NCBI RefSeq assembly: GCF_045039895.1
Contig: NZ_CP108580.1
Span: forward strand, 6,765,953 to 6,789,952
Length of the DNA: 24,000 nt
Direction of reading: 5' to 3'
Source: Streptomyces sp. NBC_01190
Lineage (GTDB): Bacteria; Actinomycetota; Actinomycetes; Streptomycetales; Streptomycetaceae
Shown here: positions 8,764 to 15,747 of the stretch, in pieces
How the letters are laid out: each line of letters opens with the position of its first letter
Numbering within the stretch: position 1 is the stretch's first letter
The notes under the pieces: model-generated
Database searches by the model: none
Told to the model about the DNA's origin: nothing
Seen by the model: the letters and a program-made list of their open reading frames with translations, nothing else
Translations under genes and position numbers: made by a program

Positions 8764-9305
8764 TGTGAGCGGAACCGGCCTTTCTTGATGGGCTGGGCGA
8801 AGAGTGCATCCCAACTGTCCGACCCCTTTTCAGGTCGGCGGGAAGGCGATATGCGTTCGCGGTACATACGCTGGCGAATGATGGTCGCCATCATCTCCGC
8901 TTCGCGTTCATCCGCGGTCGAGTAGCTCGTGCGCCCCGACATGCGCATCACCAGAGTCGGATCCACCCCGAGGGAATGCGCCGTGGAGGCGTCCACTTCC
9001 AGGCTCCCGGGGTGGTCGAGGAACACGTGCATCAGTTCGTGGGCGAGTATGTGCCGTTGATGGTGGACGGACGTCCCCTCCTCGTAGAAGAGGAGGTCGG
9101 CCTGTGGCGTCTCCAGGCGTATGCCGCAGGGGGCGTCGATTGCCCCGAGCGTGTTCAAGGGCTTCAAGAAGATGGGCTTCCCGCGAACTGCGGTTATCGC
9201 TTCACGCAGCTCCCTCGTAGTGAAGCGATACGGCAGGGACAAGCGGTCGACTTTCTGCTCACAGGATGTGCGCAGCAGATTGTCGTCGACCCAAGGCAAA
9301 GACAT
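8760..9305 (-). CDS. ImmA/IrrE-family (M78-like) zinc metallopeptidase, annotated in actinomycetes as a TA-system toxin component
   Basis: HExxH motif in HHQRHILAHELMHVFLDH. The preceding block GKPIFLKPL...LLFYEEGTS and the later YSTADEREAEMMATII are typical of this family. ATG at 9305 is preceded by GAGGGGGG. Confidence 0.8.
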   Translation of the reverse strand: MSLPWVDDNLLRTSCEQKVDRLSLPYRFTTRELREAITAVRGKPIFLKPLNTLGAIDAPCGIRLETPQADLLFYEEGTSVHHQRHILAHELMHVFLDHPGSLEVDASTAHSLGVDPTLVMRMSGRTSYSTADEREAEMMATIIRQRMYRERISPSRRPEKGSDSWDALFAQPIKKGRFRSQ

Positions 9306-9614
9306 GGTAGTTCCCCCCTCAGCCGGAGTTGTTTCAACTGCGAGCGACTGATGAGGAGAGGATGCCAAGAAGGTTGTGGATTTGGTGTTTATAGGAACTG
9401 GTACTTCCGGTTACGCACGGTGTTGCTGCGCCGGGTGTGACGCAAGAGGTGACTGTCCATCGACAACCGCCCTTTGGCTCTCTTGAGGCCGCGGCCCCCG
9501 ATATTTCGGGGGTCGGATCGCGCGCCAAGTCCCCCTCCGTGGGGCCGTCGTCCCTTATGTCTGACTACGGAGGATGACGAACGGGCGATTTTCTGACGGA
9601 AAGTCACGGCATGT

Positions 9615-9630
9615 TGTGACCCACATCACA
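9615..9630. promoter_or_regulatory. Perfect palindrome TGTGA-N6-TCACA directly upstream of the MmyB-like regulator gene
   Basis: TGTGACCCACATCACA at 9615-9630 ends 1 nt before the ATG at 9632. It matches the CRP/FNR-type consensus spacing. It could equally be an operator for one of the local HTH regulators. Confidence 0.4.
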
Positions 9631-9631
9631 G

Positions 9632-10495
9632 ATGGTCGCCCTACGATCTGTCCCTATGGACTCCCGCGAGGGGCGAGGCGATGACAGATTCCGAGGCGAG
9701 TCCCTGACTGAGCTGCTGCGCTCATGGCGCCGGCGCTTGGACCCGCGGGAGGTCCCTGGGCTGGAGTCCACCGGCAGGCGTGGCGATGGTCTGTCCCAAC
9801 GGGACGCCGCCCACTTGGGCGGGGTCAGTGAGCGGTGGTACCGAGCCCTGGAGGCCGGAAAGTCCGCCAACTACTCGGTCGAGTTCCTCGACCGCCTTGC
9901 CATGGGACTGGGGTTAAGCGGTGCCGAGCGGCACGCCCTGTACTTGAGGGCCACCGGAAGGCCGCCAACGCTCCTGGCCGCCCCAGAGCCTGATGCTGCC
10001 GCAGAGATGGATGAGCAGCTCCAGCAGTTCCTGGACACCCAACCTCCCAACCCCGCCTACGTGTCCGACGTGGCGTGGAACATCGTCGGGCGCAATCAGC
10101 CATTTCGCGCATGGTTCCCCTGGGCTGTTCGCGATGGGAATCTCATGCGTTGGATTCTCCTGGATCCGGAAGCACGTGACCGGCTCGTCAATTGGCGCGA
10201 AGACTGGGCCCGTCCGGCCTTGGGGCAAATCCGCTATGCGCTGAGTCAGTATCCCAAGAACGAAGCCCTTCGCCGCTTGGAACGCGATGTCCTTGCGGGA
10301 CCTTGGGACATGCGCGAGATGTGGGGCCGGCGAGAAGTCTACGAACACCCCGAACGCGACGTGCGCAGACTGAGGTTGCCGTACCACGCGGGTCGGGAAG
10401 TCCCGGTCCGAACCATCGATCTGGCCCCCGCGCGCAGCGCACGGCTTCGCGTGGTCGTGTTCATGGAAGGCCGAGGGGGCGCCTCCACTAAGTGA
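9632..10495 (+). CDS. MmyB-like HTH transcriptional regulator (XRE-type HTH plus MmyB-like ligand-binding domain)
   Basis: N-terminal LTELLRSWRRRLDP...GLSQRDAAHLGGVSERWYRALEAGK. The C-terminal domain has PAYVSDVAWNIVGRN, NLMRWILLDPEARD and a terminal RLRVVVF, as in MmyB-family regulators. The start could be the ATG at 9656 (leaderless, after TACGAT at 9642-9647) rather than 9632. Confidence 0.8.
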   Translation: MVALRSVPMDSREGRGDDRFRGESLTELLRSWRRRLDPREVPGLESTGRRGDGLSQRDAAHLGGVSERWYRALEAGKSANYSVEFLDRLAMGLGLSGAERHALYLRATGRPPTLLAAPEPDAAAEMDEQLQQFLDTQPPNPAYVSDVAWNIVGRNQPFRAWFPWAVRDGNLMRWILLDPEARDRLVNWREDWARPALGQIRYALSQYPKNEALRRLERDVLAGPWDMREMWGRREVYEHPERDVRRLRLPYHAGREVPVRTIDLAPARSARLRVVVFMEGRGGASTK

Positions 10496-10535
10496 AGGGC
10501 GGCGCGGGATTCCCGCCCGATGGTTCTGCGGCCGA

Positions 10536-10982
10536 TTATTCGTCGTCCAGCAGCTCCGAGCTGTCCGAGTCGTCCGGCATGCCTTCGAGCCGCCGGGCCT
10601 GGTCGATCACCGCATTCAGCATCTGCAGGCTGGATGTGCTGAGTCCGTTGGCGCGAAGGGCGACCCGGCGCACCTCCTGGTCGCGCATCGCCGCGACCAC
10701 CTTGATCTCGGCCCGCGCCCGCTCCGCCACCTCCTCATCGAAGAAGTAGCCCGGTGGGACGCCGAAGAAGCCCGCCAGTGCGCGGATCGTCTGCATCTTG
10801 GGATTCGTGTTGGTCCCGGTGCGCAGTTGCTGGATGGCGCTCGCCGAGATGGCCACCCCGGAGGTCTCCCGGATGCCCTGTGAGACCTCCGCGTACGTGA
10901 AGGAGCCCCTTCCCTTCGGGCGGACCTCCTGGAACAGGTAGTCGAGCAGCTCCGCGAAGGAGCGCTCCGGTGTCTCGGTCAT
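10536..10982 (-). CDS. XRE-family HTH regulator (the type normally paired with ImmA-like/MAB_1171c genes)
   Basis: FAELLDYLFQEVRPKGRGSFTYAEVSQGI...ISASAIQQLRTGTNTNPKMQTIRALAGFFGVPPGYFFDEE. ATG at 10982 lies 6 nt after AAGGAG; an ATG at 11000 is an alternative. The ORF-track start at 11246 is an over-extension. Confidence 0.8.
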   Translation of the reverse strand: MTETPERSFAELLDYLFQEVRPKGRGSFTYAEVSQGIRETSGVAISASAIQQLRTGTNTNPKMQTIRALAGFFGVPPGYFFDEEVAERARAEIKVVAAMRDQEVRRVALRANGLSTSSLQMLNAVIDQARRLEGMPDDSDSSELLDDE

Positions 10983-11417
10983 CTCCGGCTCCTTCGTCAT
11001 ACCTGCGATCCTATCCACTCCAGTGGCGTCCCTGCTCTCCGGGGCGTCATATCTCGACATTGCAGTTGACGTAGGCGGGTTATTGCGGTGTACGTTGACC
11101 ACCGTATCCGTCCAGTGCAGTGTTCCTTGCCTGGTGGGAGTGGGTGTGAAGGCTGGACTTGTGCCAGGGGTCGCCCTATGGTTCTGGTCCCGGCGCAAGA
11201 TCGCCGGATGCCGGAGAGGCGGGCAGGGAGGGGAGGGGCCATGCATGGACGAGGGCCGTGACGACGGCTGGGCTTAACGCGACCGGCGCCCGGGAGCTAC
11301 GAACTCCAAGGCGCCGGGCCGGCACCGCGAAGGGCGCCGATTCACATCCCGCGGGCGGCGGGGCCTTCTCTGCACGAGAACCGCCGCACCGCGCTCCTAC
11401 GAACAACGGAGTATCGC

Positions 11418-11741
11418 ATGCTCACCGCCCAAGGCGGAAGTTCGGCCTGCCCGGACGCCGACCGCCCGCATCGCCTCGCCGCCCAGCTCGCCGACATGAT
11501 CCCCGGCGTGGCCACCCTGCGCGTCAGCCTCACCGGCCCGACGCAGACCTGGCCCCATCCCCACGCCGTGGCCAAGGACAGGGCGGGGCAGCCGGTGGAG
11601 CTGAGTCGGGCGACCGCGAAGATTGCGGCGCGCTGGATCCTGCGGGTCTGGCCGGAGGCCGACTGGACCCGGCCCCATATCTTCGACGTGGCCAGCGCCA
11701 CGCTTACCCGCAGCGACCTGGTCGCGGGCCGGGGCCGCTGA
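11418..11741 (+). CDS. Hypothetical small protein (first gene of the plus-strand mobile-element operon)
   Basis: ATG at 11418 is preceded by ACGGAG. Third-position GC bias is strong throughout. The stop at 11739-11741 lies 1 nt before the next gene's GTG. No family was recognised. Confidence 0.5.
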   Translation: MLTAQGGSSACPDADRPHRLAAQLADMIPGVATLRVSLTGPTQTWPHPHAVAKDRAGQPVELSRATAKIAARWILRVWPEADWTRPHIFDVASATLTRSDLVAGRGR

Positions 11742-11742
11742 C

Positions 11743-12762
11743 GTGTCACGGATACGCCCCGTAAAGCCCGAGACCTGGACGAGCGAGACGCTCGCTGCGG
11801 TCAGCATCCCCGCCATGGTCACCTTCCTGGCCATGACCAACATGGCCGACGACCATGGCCGTCACCGCGACAACGCGGCAATCATTTTCGGGCTGATCTG
11901 GCCGCTGCGCGCCGAGCACAGCGCGGTCCACGTCGAGGAAGACCTCACCCAGCTCGAAGACGTCGGAGCGATCTGCCGGTACACCGGCTGCGACGGCAAG
12001 CGCTACTTCCACTACCCGACCTGGTTCAAGCACCAGAAGATCGACAAGCCCAGCGCGTCGCGGCTCCCCGCCTGCCCGAAGTGCGCTCCCGAGCGGTGCG
12101 GGGTCTGCAAGGGCCCGTGCGCCCAGCGCGCCGACGCCTCCCCGAAGGCTCCCGGAGGATTCGGGGAGGACTCTCCGAACCTTCCCGGAACCCTCGAACC
12201 GCCCGCGCGGCCCGCGCCGACCCCTCCCGCACCCACCCCGGACACCCCTACGCCCGCCCAGGACGCCCCCGGCGCCCCCGCCACCACCACCCAGGGTGCG
12301 GGTGACAAACCCGCAGGTCAGACGCGACTCGCCGAAACCTCTCCGAAGGCTCCCCGAAAGGTCGGGGAGGGCTCGGCGCCTGGATCTAGGATCTTGGATC
12401 CTGGATCTTTCTTCCCTACGGGGCGCGATGCGCCCAACGCGAGCAGCGTCTCGGCGAAGGAGCTGATCGGCGAGTACGTCGCCTCGTGCCGGGAGCGCCC
12501 GCCGGGCGATGTGATCGGCCACCTCGGGGGCGTCACCAAGAAGCTCCTCGCCGAGGGCATCGCGGTGGAGCACGTGCGGGCCGGGCTGCGGCGCTTCGGC
12601 GAGATCCAGGGGCACCCGTCGCGGCTGCCGAGCCTGGTCAACGACGCGATGAACGCACCCGCCGCCGGTTTGGCCGGTCCGGGATTCCGGCCTAACGTGC
12701 CCGCTCACAGGGCGTGGACCAACCCGGTCGACGCCGCCACCGCCTACGCCGAGGAGCTGTGA
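11743..12762 (+). CDS. Putative replication organiser/initiator-like protein (assigned by context)
   Basis: GTG at 11743. There is a structured N-terminal domain (AMVTFLAMTNMADDHGRHRDN...YFHYPTWFKHQKIDKPSASRLPACPKC), then a Pro/Ala-rich linker and a C-terminal helical domain. The stop overlaps the start of the DnaC/IstB-like ATPase (TGATG), the usual position for a helicase-loader partner. Function is inferred from position only. Confidence 0.45.
   Translation: MSRIRPVKPETWTSETLAAVSIPAMVTFLAMTNMADDHGRHRDNAAIIFGLIWPLRAEHSAVHVEEDLTQLEDVGAICRYTGCDGKRYFHYPTWFKHQKIDKPSASRLPACPKCAPERCGVCKGPCAQRADASPKAPGGFGEDSPNLPGTLEPPARPAPTPPAPTPDTPTPAQDAPGAPATTTQGAGDKPAGQTRLAETSPKAPRKVGEGSAPGSRILDPGSFFPTGRDAPNASSVSAKELIGEYVASCRERPPGDVIGHLGGVTKKLLAEGIAVEHVRAGLRRFGEIQGHPSRLPSLVNDAMNAPAAGLAGPGFRPNVPAHRAWTNPVDAATAYAEEL
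12137..12409. repeat. Cluster of inverted and direct repeats inside the replication-organiser gene
   Basis: There is a 10-bp perfect inverted repeat, CCTCCCCGAA (12137-12146) with TTCGGGGAGG (12160-12169). A related 8-bp inverted repeat is CTCCCCGA (12350-12357) with TCGGGGAG (12362-12369). Both sit in imperfect ~40-bp direct repeats encoding SPKAP..GE. They are followed by four tandem heptamers (T/A)GGATC(T/C) at 12381-12408. Confidence 0.6.
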
Positions 12763-13466
12763 TGCGCACCAAGACCCGCGAACCGCAGACCCTCGGCGGA
12801 TCCGGAACCCTGGAGCGGATGGCCCGGATCCTGGCCGCCCGGAACATCGACCCCGCAGCCGCCGCCGTGGCGGACGAGCCGGAGCCGTACTCGCCGCTGG
12901 ACGCGCTACGGGCCTCGATGCCGCCGCGCTACCGGGACGCGGTGGCCGACCACCCGCAGGTCCTGGCCTGGTGCCGGGAGGTCGCCGCGCAGGCGGTCGC
13001 GCCGGGCGTCGGTGCCCGTCGGCAGGTGTGCACCGGCCCCAGCCTGCTGATGGCGGGGGTGGTCGGCGCGGGCAAGACGCACCAGGCGTACGGCGCGGTC
13101 CGCGCGTTGGTCGGGGCGGGGGTCGGGGTGCGGTGGCGGGCGACGACGGCGGCCGACCTGTACGCCGAACTGCGGCCGAGGGCCGGGGTGGACAGCGAGC
13201 GGGAGCTGGCGGCGGTGGCCCGGGTGCCGCTGCTGATCCTGGACGACCTCGGCGCGGCGAAGGCGTCGGAGTGGACCGAGGAGATCACGTACCGGCTGGT
13301 CAACCGCCGGTACAACCACGAGCTTCCGACCCTGATCACCAGCAACCTGCGGATCGGGGACCTGCGGGCCTATGTCGGTGACCGCGTCGCCAGCAGGCTC
13401 ACTCAGATGACCACGCGGGTCGAGTTCGACCTGGTCGACCGTAGACGCACCCGCGCTGCCGCCTGA
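12762..13466 (+). CDS. DnaC/IstB-like AAA+ ATPase (helicase-loader type)
   Basis: Walker A GVVGAGKTH, Walker B LLILDDLG and sensor LITSN are present. ATG at 12762 overlaps the upstream TGA. Confidence 0.8.
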   Translation: MRTKTREPQTLGGSGTLERMARILAARNIDPAAAAVADEPEPYSPLDALRASMPPRYRDAVADHPQVLAWCREVAAQAVAPGVGARRQVCTGPSLLMAGVVGAGKTHQAYGAVRALVGAGVGVRWRATTAADLYAELRPRAGVDSERELAAVARVPLLILDDLGAAKASEWTEEITYRLVNRRYNHELPTLITSNLRIGDLRAYVGDRVASRLTQMTTRVEFDLVDRRRTRAAA

Positions 13467-13582
13467 CCTGCGGTCAGACGGTCCGGCGGGCCCGCCCCCA
13501 GCGCGCCGCCCGCACGAACTTCCCGACCAGGCACCTCCGCCGGCGCCGACTGCGCGCGGAGGGCGATCGGAGCACACCGCGC

Positions 13583-14149
13583 ATGCCCAGCACGACGAAC
13601 ACCCCTGCCCGACACCGCTCGCTGGGGGACCAGACCTGGCAGAACCAGGCGGTCTGCCAGAGCACCGATTACCACCGGGTCGACCCCGCAATTTTCTTCC
13701 CCTACCCCGAGGAGATGGACAAGATCCGCGCAGCCAAGGCCCTGTGCGCTCAGTGCCCCGTCCGCCAGACCTGTCTGGACGCAGCCCTGGAAAACGGCGA
13801 CACCCACGGCATCCGGGGCGGCCTGACCGGGGAGGAACGTGCCCCGATGCACACCCGGCTCCCCGCTCGCCTGGACTACTCCCGCGTCAACGCCGCCGTC
13901 GCCGGACGCGACATCCACCTCACCTCCGCCGAACGCCAGGCCGTCATCCACGCCGCCTACCGCCACGGCGTGCCCGCACACCGCCTGGCGTCGATCCTGA
14001 AGGTCGACGAGGAGACCGCGCAGAAGCGCTACCGCGAGATCCGCCGTGCGCTGCGCCACCGCGACGCGGAGCCCACCACACCCGCCAGCCCGCCGCCGGA
14101 GCAGGGCGGACAGCACCTGGGCCGCGACGACTTCGGGACGGCGGCGTGA
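13583..14149 (+). CDS. WhiB-like (Wbl) Fe-S protein with a C-terminal HTH-like extension
   Basis: Four Cys in Wbl spacing (C...CAQCPVRQTC) and a GIRGG turn (the GIWGG equivalent). The extra ~100 aa tail contains AERQAVIHAAYRHGVPAHRLASILKVDEETAQKRY, which looks like sigma region 4/LuxR. Confidence 0.75.
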   Translation: MPSTTNTPARHRSLGDQTWQNQAVCQSTDYHRVDPAIFFPYPEEMDKIRAAKALCAQCPVRQTCLDAALENGDTHGIRGGLTGEERAPMHTRLPARLDYSRVNAAVAGRDIHLTSAERQAVIHAAYRHGVPAHRLASILKVDEETAQKRYREIRRALRHRDAEPTTPASPPPEQGGQHLGRDDFGTAA

Positions 14150-15249
14150 GCACCGCCAGCGTGCCGGAGACGGTGCTCGTCACCGGCTGGGACCGCCTGG
14201 CCGTGATCGTCCTGGGCGGCGCCGGGTGCGCCCTGTCGGCCAGCGCCCTGATGCAGATGGCCATCGCCATCCACATCCGCCCCGCCCTGTGCTGGCTCTT
14301 CCCGCTGGTGGTCGACGGGTTCATCGCCTACGGCATCCGGGCGCTGCTGGTCCTGCGCACCGCCCCGCTGCGCGCCCGCCTGTACGTCTGGACGCTGGTG
14401 GGCACCGCGACCGGGGTCAGCGTCTGGGCCAATGCCCTGCACGCGGTCCGGCTCAACGAGACCGCCCCGGCCGGCGGACTGCAGCTCGGCGACACGGTGG
14501 TCGCCTACCTGTCCACGGTCGCCCCGCTCGCCCTGGCCGGAGCGGTCCACCTGTACATCCTCATCGCCCGGGGCCCGGACAACCACGCCGCCCGCACCGA
14601 CCGGACTGGCCGTCACGGTCAGGTCGGTCACCCCGGTCAGGCCGACCGATCCGGTCAGTCTGACCCCGCCAGGGGCATCGCGGTCACCGCGGCTGACCGG
14701 GCCGGTCAGAGGTCACCGCACGCCGGTCAGTCCGGTGCCGGTCAGCCGGTCACCGCGCCGACCGACCCGCCCTCGGCGGCCGGGAACCCGCCCACCCTGG
14801 TCACCCGGTCACTGACCGGGGCCGGTGACCCGGCGGGCGGCACCGGCTCGGTCAGCGGTCACCACGACACCCGCGTTCGACGGACGCAGGCCGCTGACCT
14901 GGGCGGTCAGCCGGACAGCGGCCCGGCGGTCAGTGACCGACCGGCCGCCACCGAGCCGGTCACCACCGGCCCGGTCAGCCACCCGCCGGTCACTGACCGG
15001 CCGGTTACTCCTGCGCCGGTCGGTGACCGCGAGCCCCGCAGAGCCGGTGACCGGCGCCCTGACCTGGACACCGAGGAGCTGCTGGAGATCGCCCGGTCAG
15101 CGGTCAGGGCCCAGGACAAGTTGACCCGGCAGGTGGTTGCCCAGGCCATCCGGGGTCAGCGGATCCCGCTGTCCAGCGACACGCTGACCGCCCTGATGGC
15201 CCAGCTCCGCGAACAGCGCGACGAGCCGGTCACCACCTCCCGCGACTGA
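14146..15249 (+). CDS. DUF2637-like membrane protein with a low-complexity middle region and a C-terminal helical domain
   Basis: GTG at 14146 overlaps the WhiB-like stop (GTGA). N-terminal TM helices (VIVLGGAGCALSASALMQMAIA, LFPLVVDGFIAYGIRALLVL, YVWTLVGTATGVSVWANALHAV) are as in DUF2637 proteins of actinobacterial plasmids and ICEs. The ORF-track start at 13744 is an Arg-rich over-extension. Confidence 0.65.
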   Translation: MSTASVPETVLVTGWDRLAVIVLGGAGCALSASALMQMAIAIHIRPALCWLFPLVVDGFIAYGIRALLVLRTAPLRARLYVWTLVGTATGVSVWANALHAVRLNETAPAGGLQLGDTVVAYLSTVAPLALAGAVHLYILIARGPDNHAARTDRTGRHGQVGHPGQADRSGQSDPARGIAVTAADRAGQRSPHAGQSGAGQPVTAPTDPPSAAGNPPTLVTRSLTGAGDPAGGTGSVSGHHDTRVRRTQAADLGGQPDSGPAVSDRPAATEPVTTGPVSHPPVTDRPVTPAPVGDREPRRAGDRRPDLDTEELLEIARSAVRAQDKLTRQVVAQAIRGQRIPLSSDTLTALMAQLREQRDEPVTTSRD

Positions 15250-15297
15250 CCGCACCGCGCGGGGGCGGGTGACCGGGCCGGACAGCCCGGCCGGTCA
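14617..15297. repeat. Dense array of GGTCA/TGACC motifs, often as CCGGTCA(G/C)
   Basis: Hand count gives 24 GGTCA and 14 TGACC in ~680 bp. This includes two identical 15-bp palindromes, CCGGTCACTGACCGG (14805-14819 and 14986-15000). The motif falls in all three codon phases of the host CDS. Confidence 0.8.
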
Positions 15298-15306
15298 CCC
15301 GCCCCC
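15261..15306 (+). terminator. Very stable GC-rich hairpin after the DUF2637 gene
   Basis: GGGGGCGGGTGACCGG (15261-15276) is perfectly complementary to CCGGTCACCCGCCCCC (15291-15306), and an inner CCGG/CCGG pairing is possible. It begins 12 nt after the stop at 15249. There is no U-tract, which is common in Streptomyces. It contains the GGTCA/TGACC motif. Confidence 0.6.
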
Positions 15307-15352
15307 GAAGTGCCACCTTCCGACTTCCTCCCACCGACTGGAGAGCACGACC

Positions 15353-15577
15353 ATGCGCACCAACCCTGCCGCCCCCGCCGAGGTGGAGACCTGGCTGGCC
15401 GTTCTGCACGAGCGCGGGCACCTCTACCGCGCCGAAACCGGACCCGACCGCACCTGGATCGTGCAGCGAGGCCGTCACAGCCGCCCGTGGACCCTGCACC
15501 ACCCGGTCCTGGCGATGGACTGGATCGAGGACGTCCTGCGCGACGTCCACCAGAGCGAAGCGGAGTCGGATCGGTGA
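15353..15577 (+). CDS. Hypothetical small protein (74 aa)
   Basis: ATG at 15353 lies 8 nt after GGAGAG. Codon bias is good (MRTNPAAPAEVETWLAVLHERGHLYRAE...). No family was recognised. Confidence 0.5.
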   Translation: MRTNPAAPAEVETWLAVLHERGHLYRAETGPDRTWIVQRGRHSRPWTLHHPVLAMDWIEDVLRDVHQSEAESDR

Positions 15578-15644
15578 CCGCCGACGACCCGGTGGCCGCC
15601 ACCCCTGACCAGCAGCGACAGGTCAACTCGGCTCCTGGCGGGTC

Positions 15645-15716
<72 letters not shown>

Positions 15717-15747
15717 AAGCAAGCCGCGAGGGCGTCACCCGGACGGG

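Noticed and set aside
9495-9512. Hairpin CCCCCGA-TATT-TCGGGGG in the ImmA / MmyB-like intergenic region
   Set aside because: It lies between divergent genes, so it is not a terminator. The stem is short, and there is no basis for assigning a function beyond possible regulation.
10496-10519. Weak GC hairpin (GCGGG-ATT-CCCGC) between the convergent MmyB-like and XRE genes, as a bidirectional terminator
   Set aside because: The stem is only about 5-6 bp with a very tight loop, which is not convincing.
11000-11417. Promoter, operator or att-like elements in the divergent region: TTGACG at 11066 and TTGACC at 11095, inverted repeat CCGGCGCC/GGCGCCGG at 11283-11317, and direct CTACGAAC at 11296 and 11396
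   Set aside because: The motifs are short and -35/-10 spacing is imperfect, so they cannot be told from chance by eye. They are noted only as places to look. ORFs 11159-11764(+) and 11176-11406(-) in this region are Arg/Pro-rich and are not called.
14617-15297. Whether the GGTCA array or the WD repeats could be a CRISPR array
   Set aside because: There is no regular repeat-spacer periodicity. The motif is only 5-8 bp and irregularly spaced. The WD repeats are coding and contiguous. No cas genes are present.
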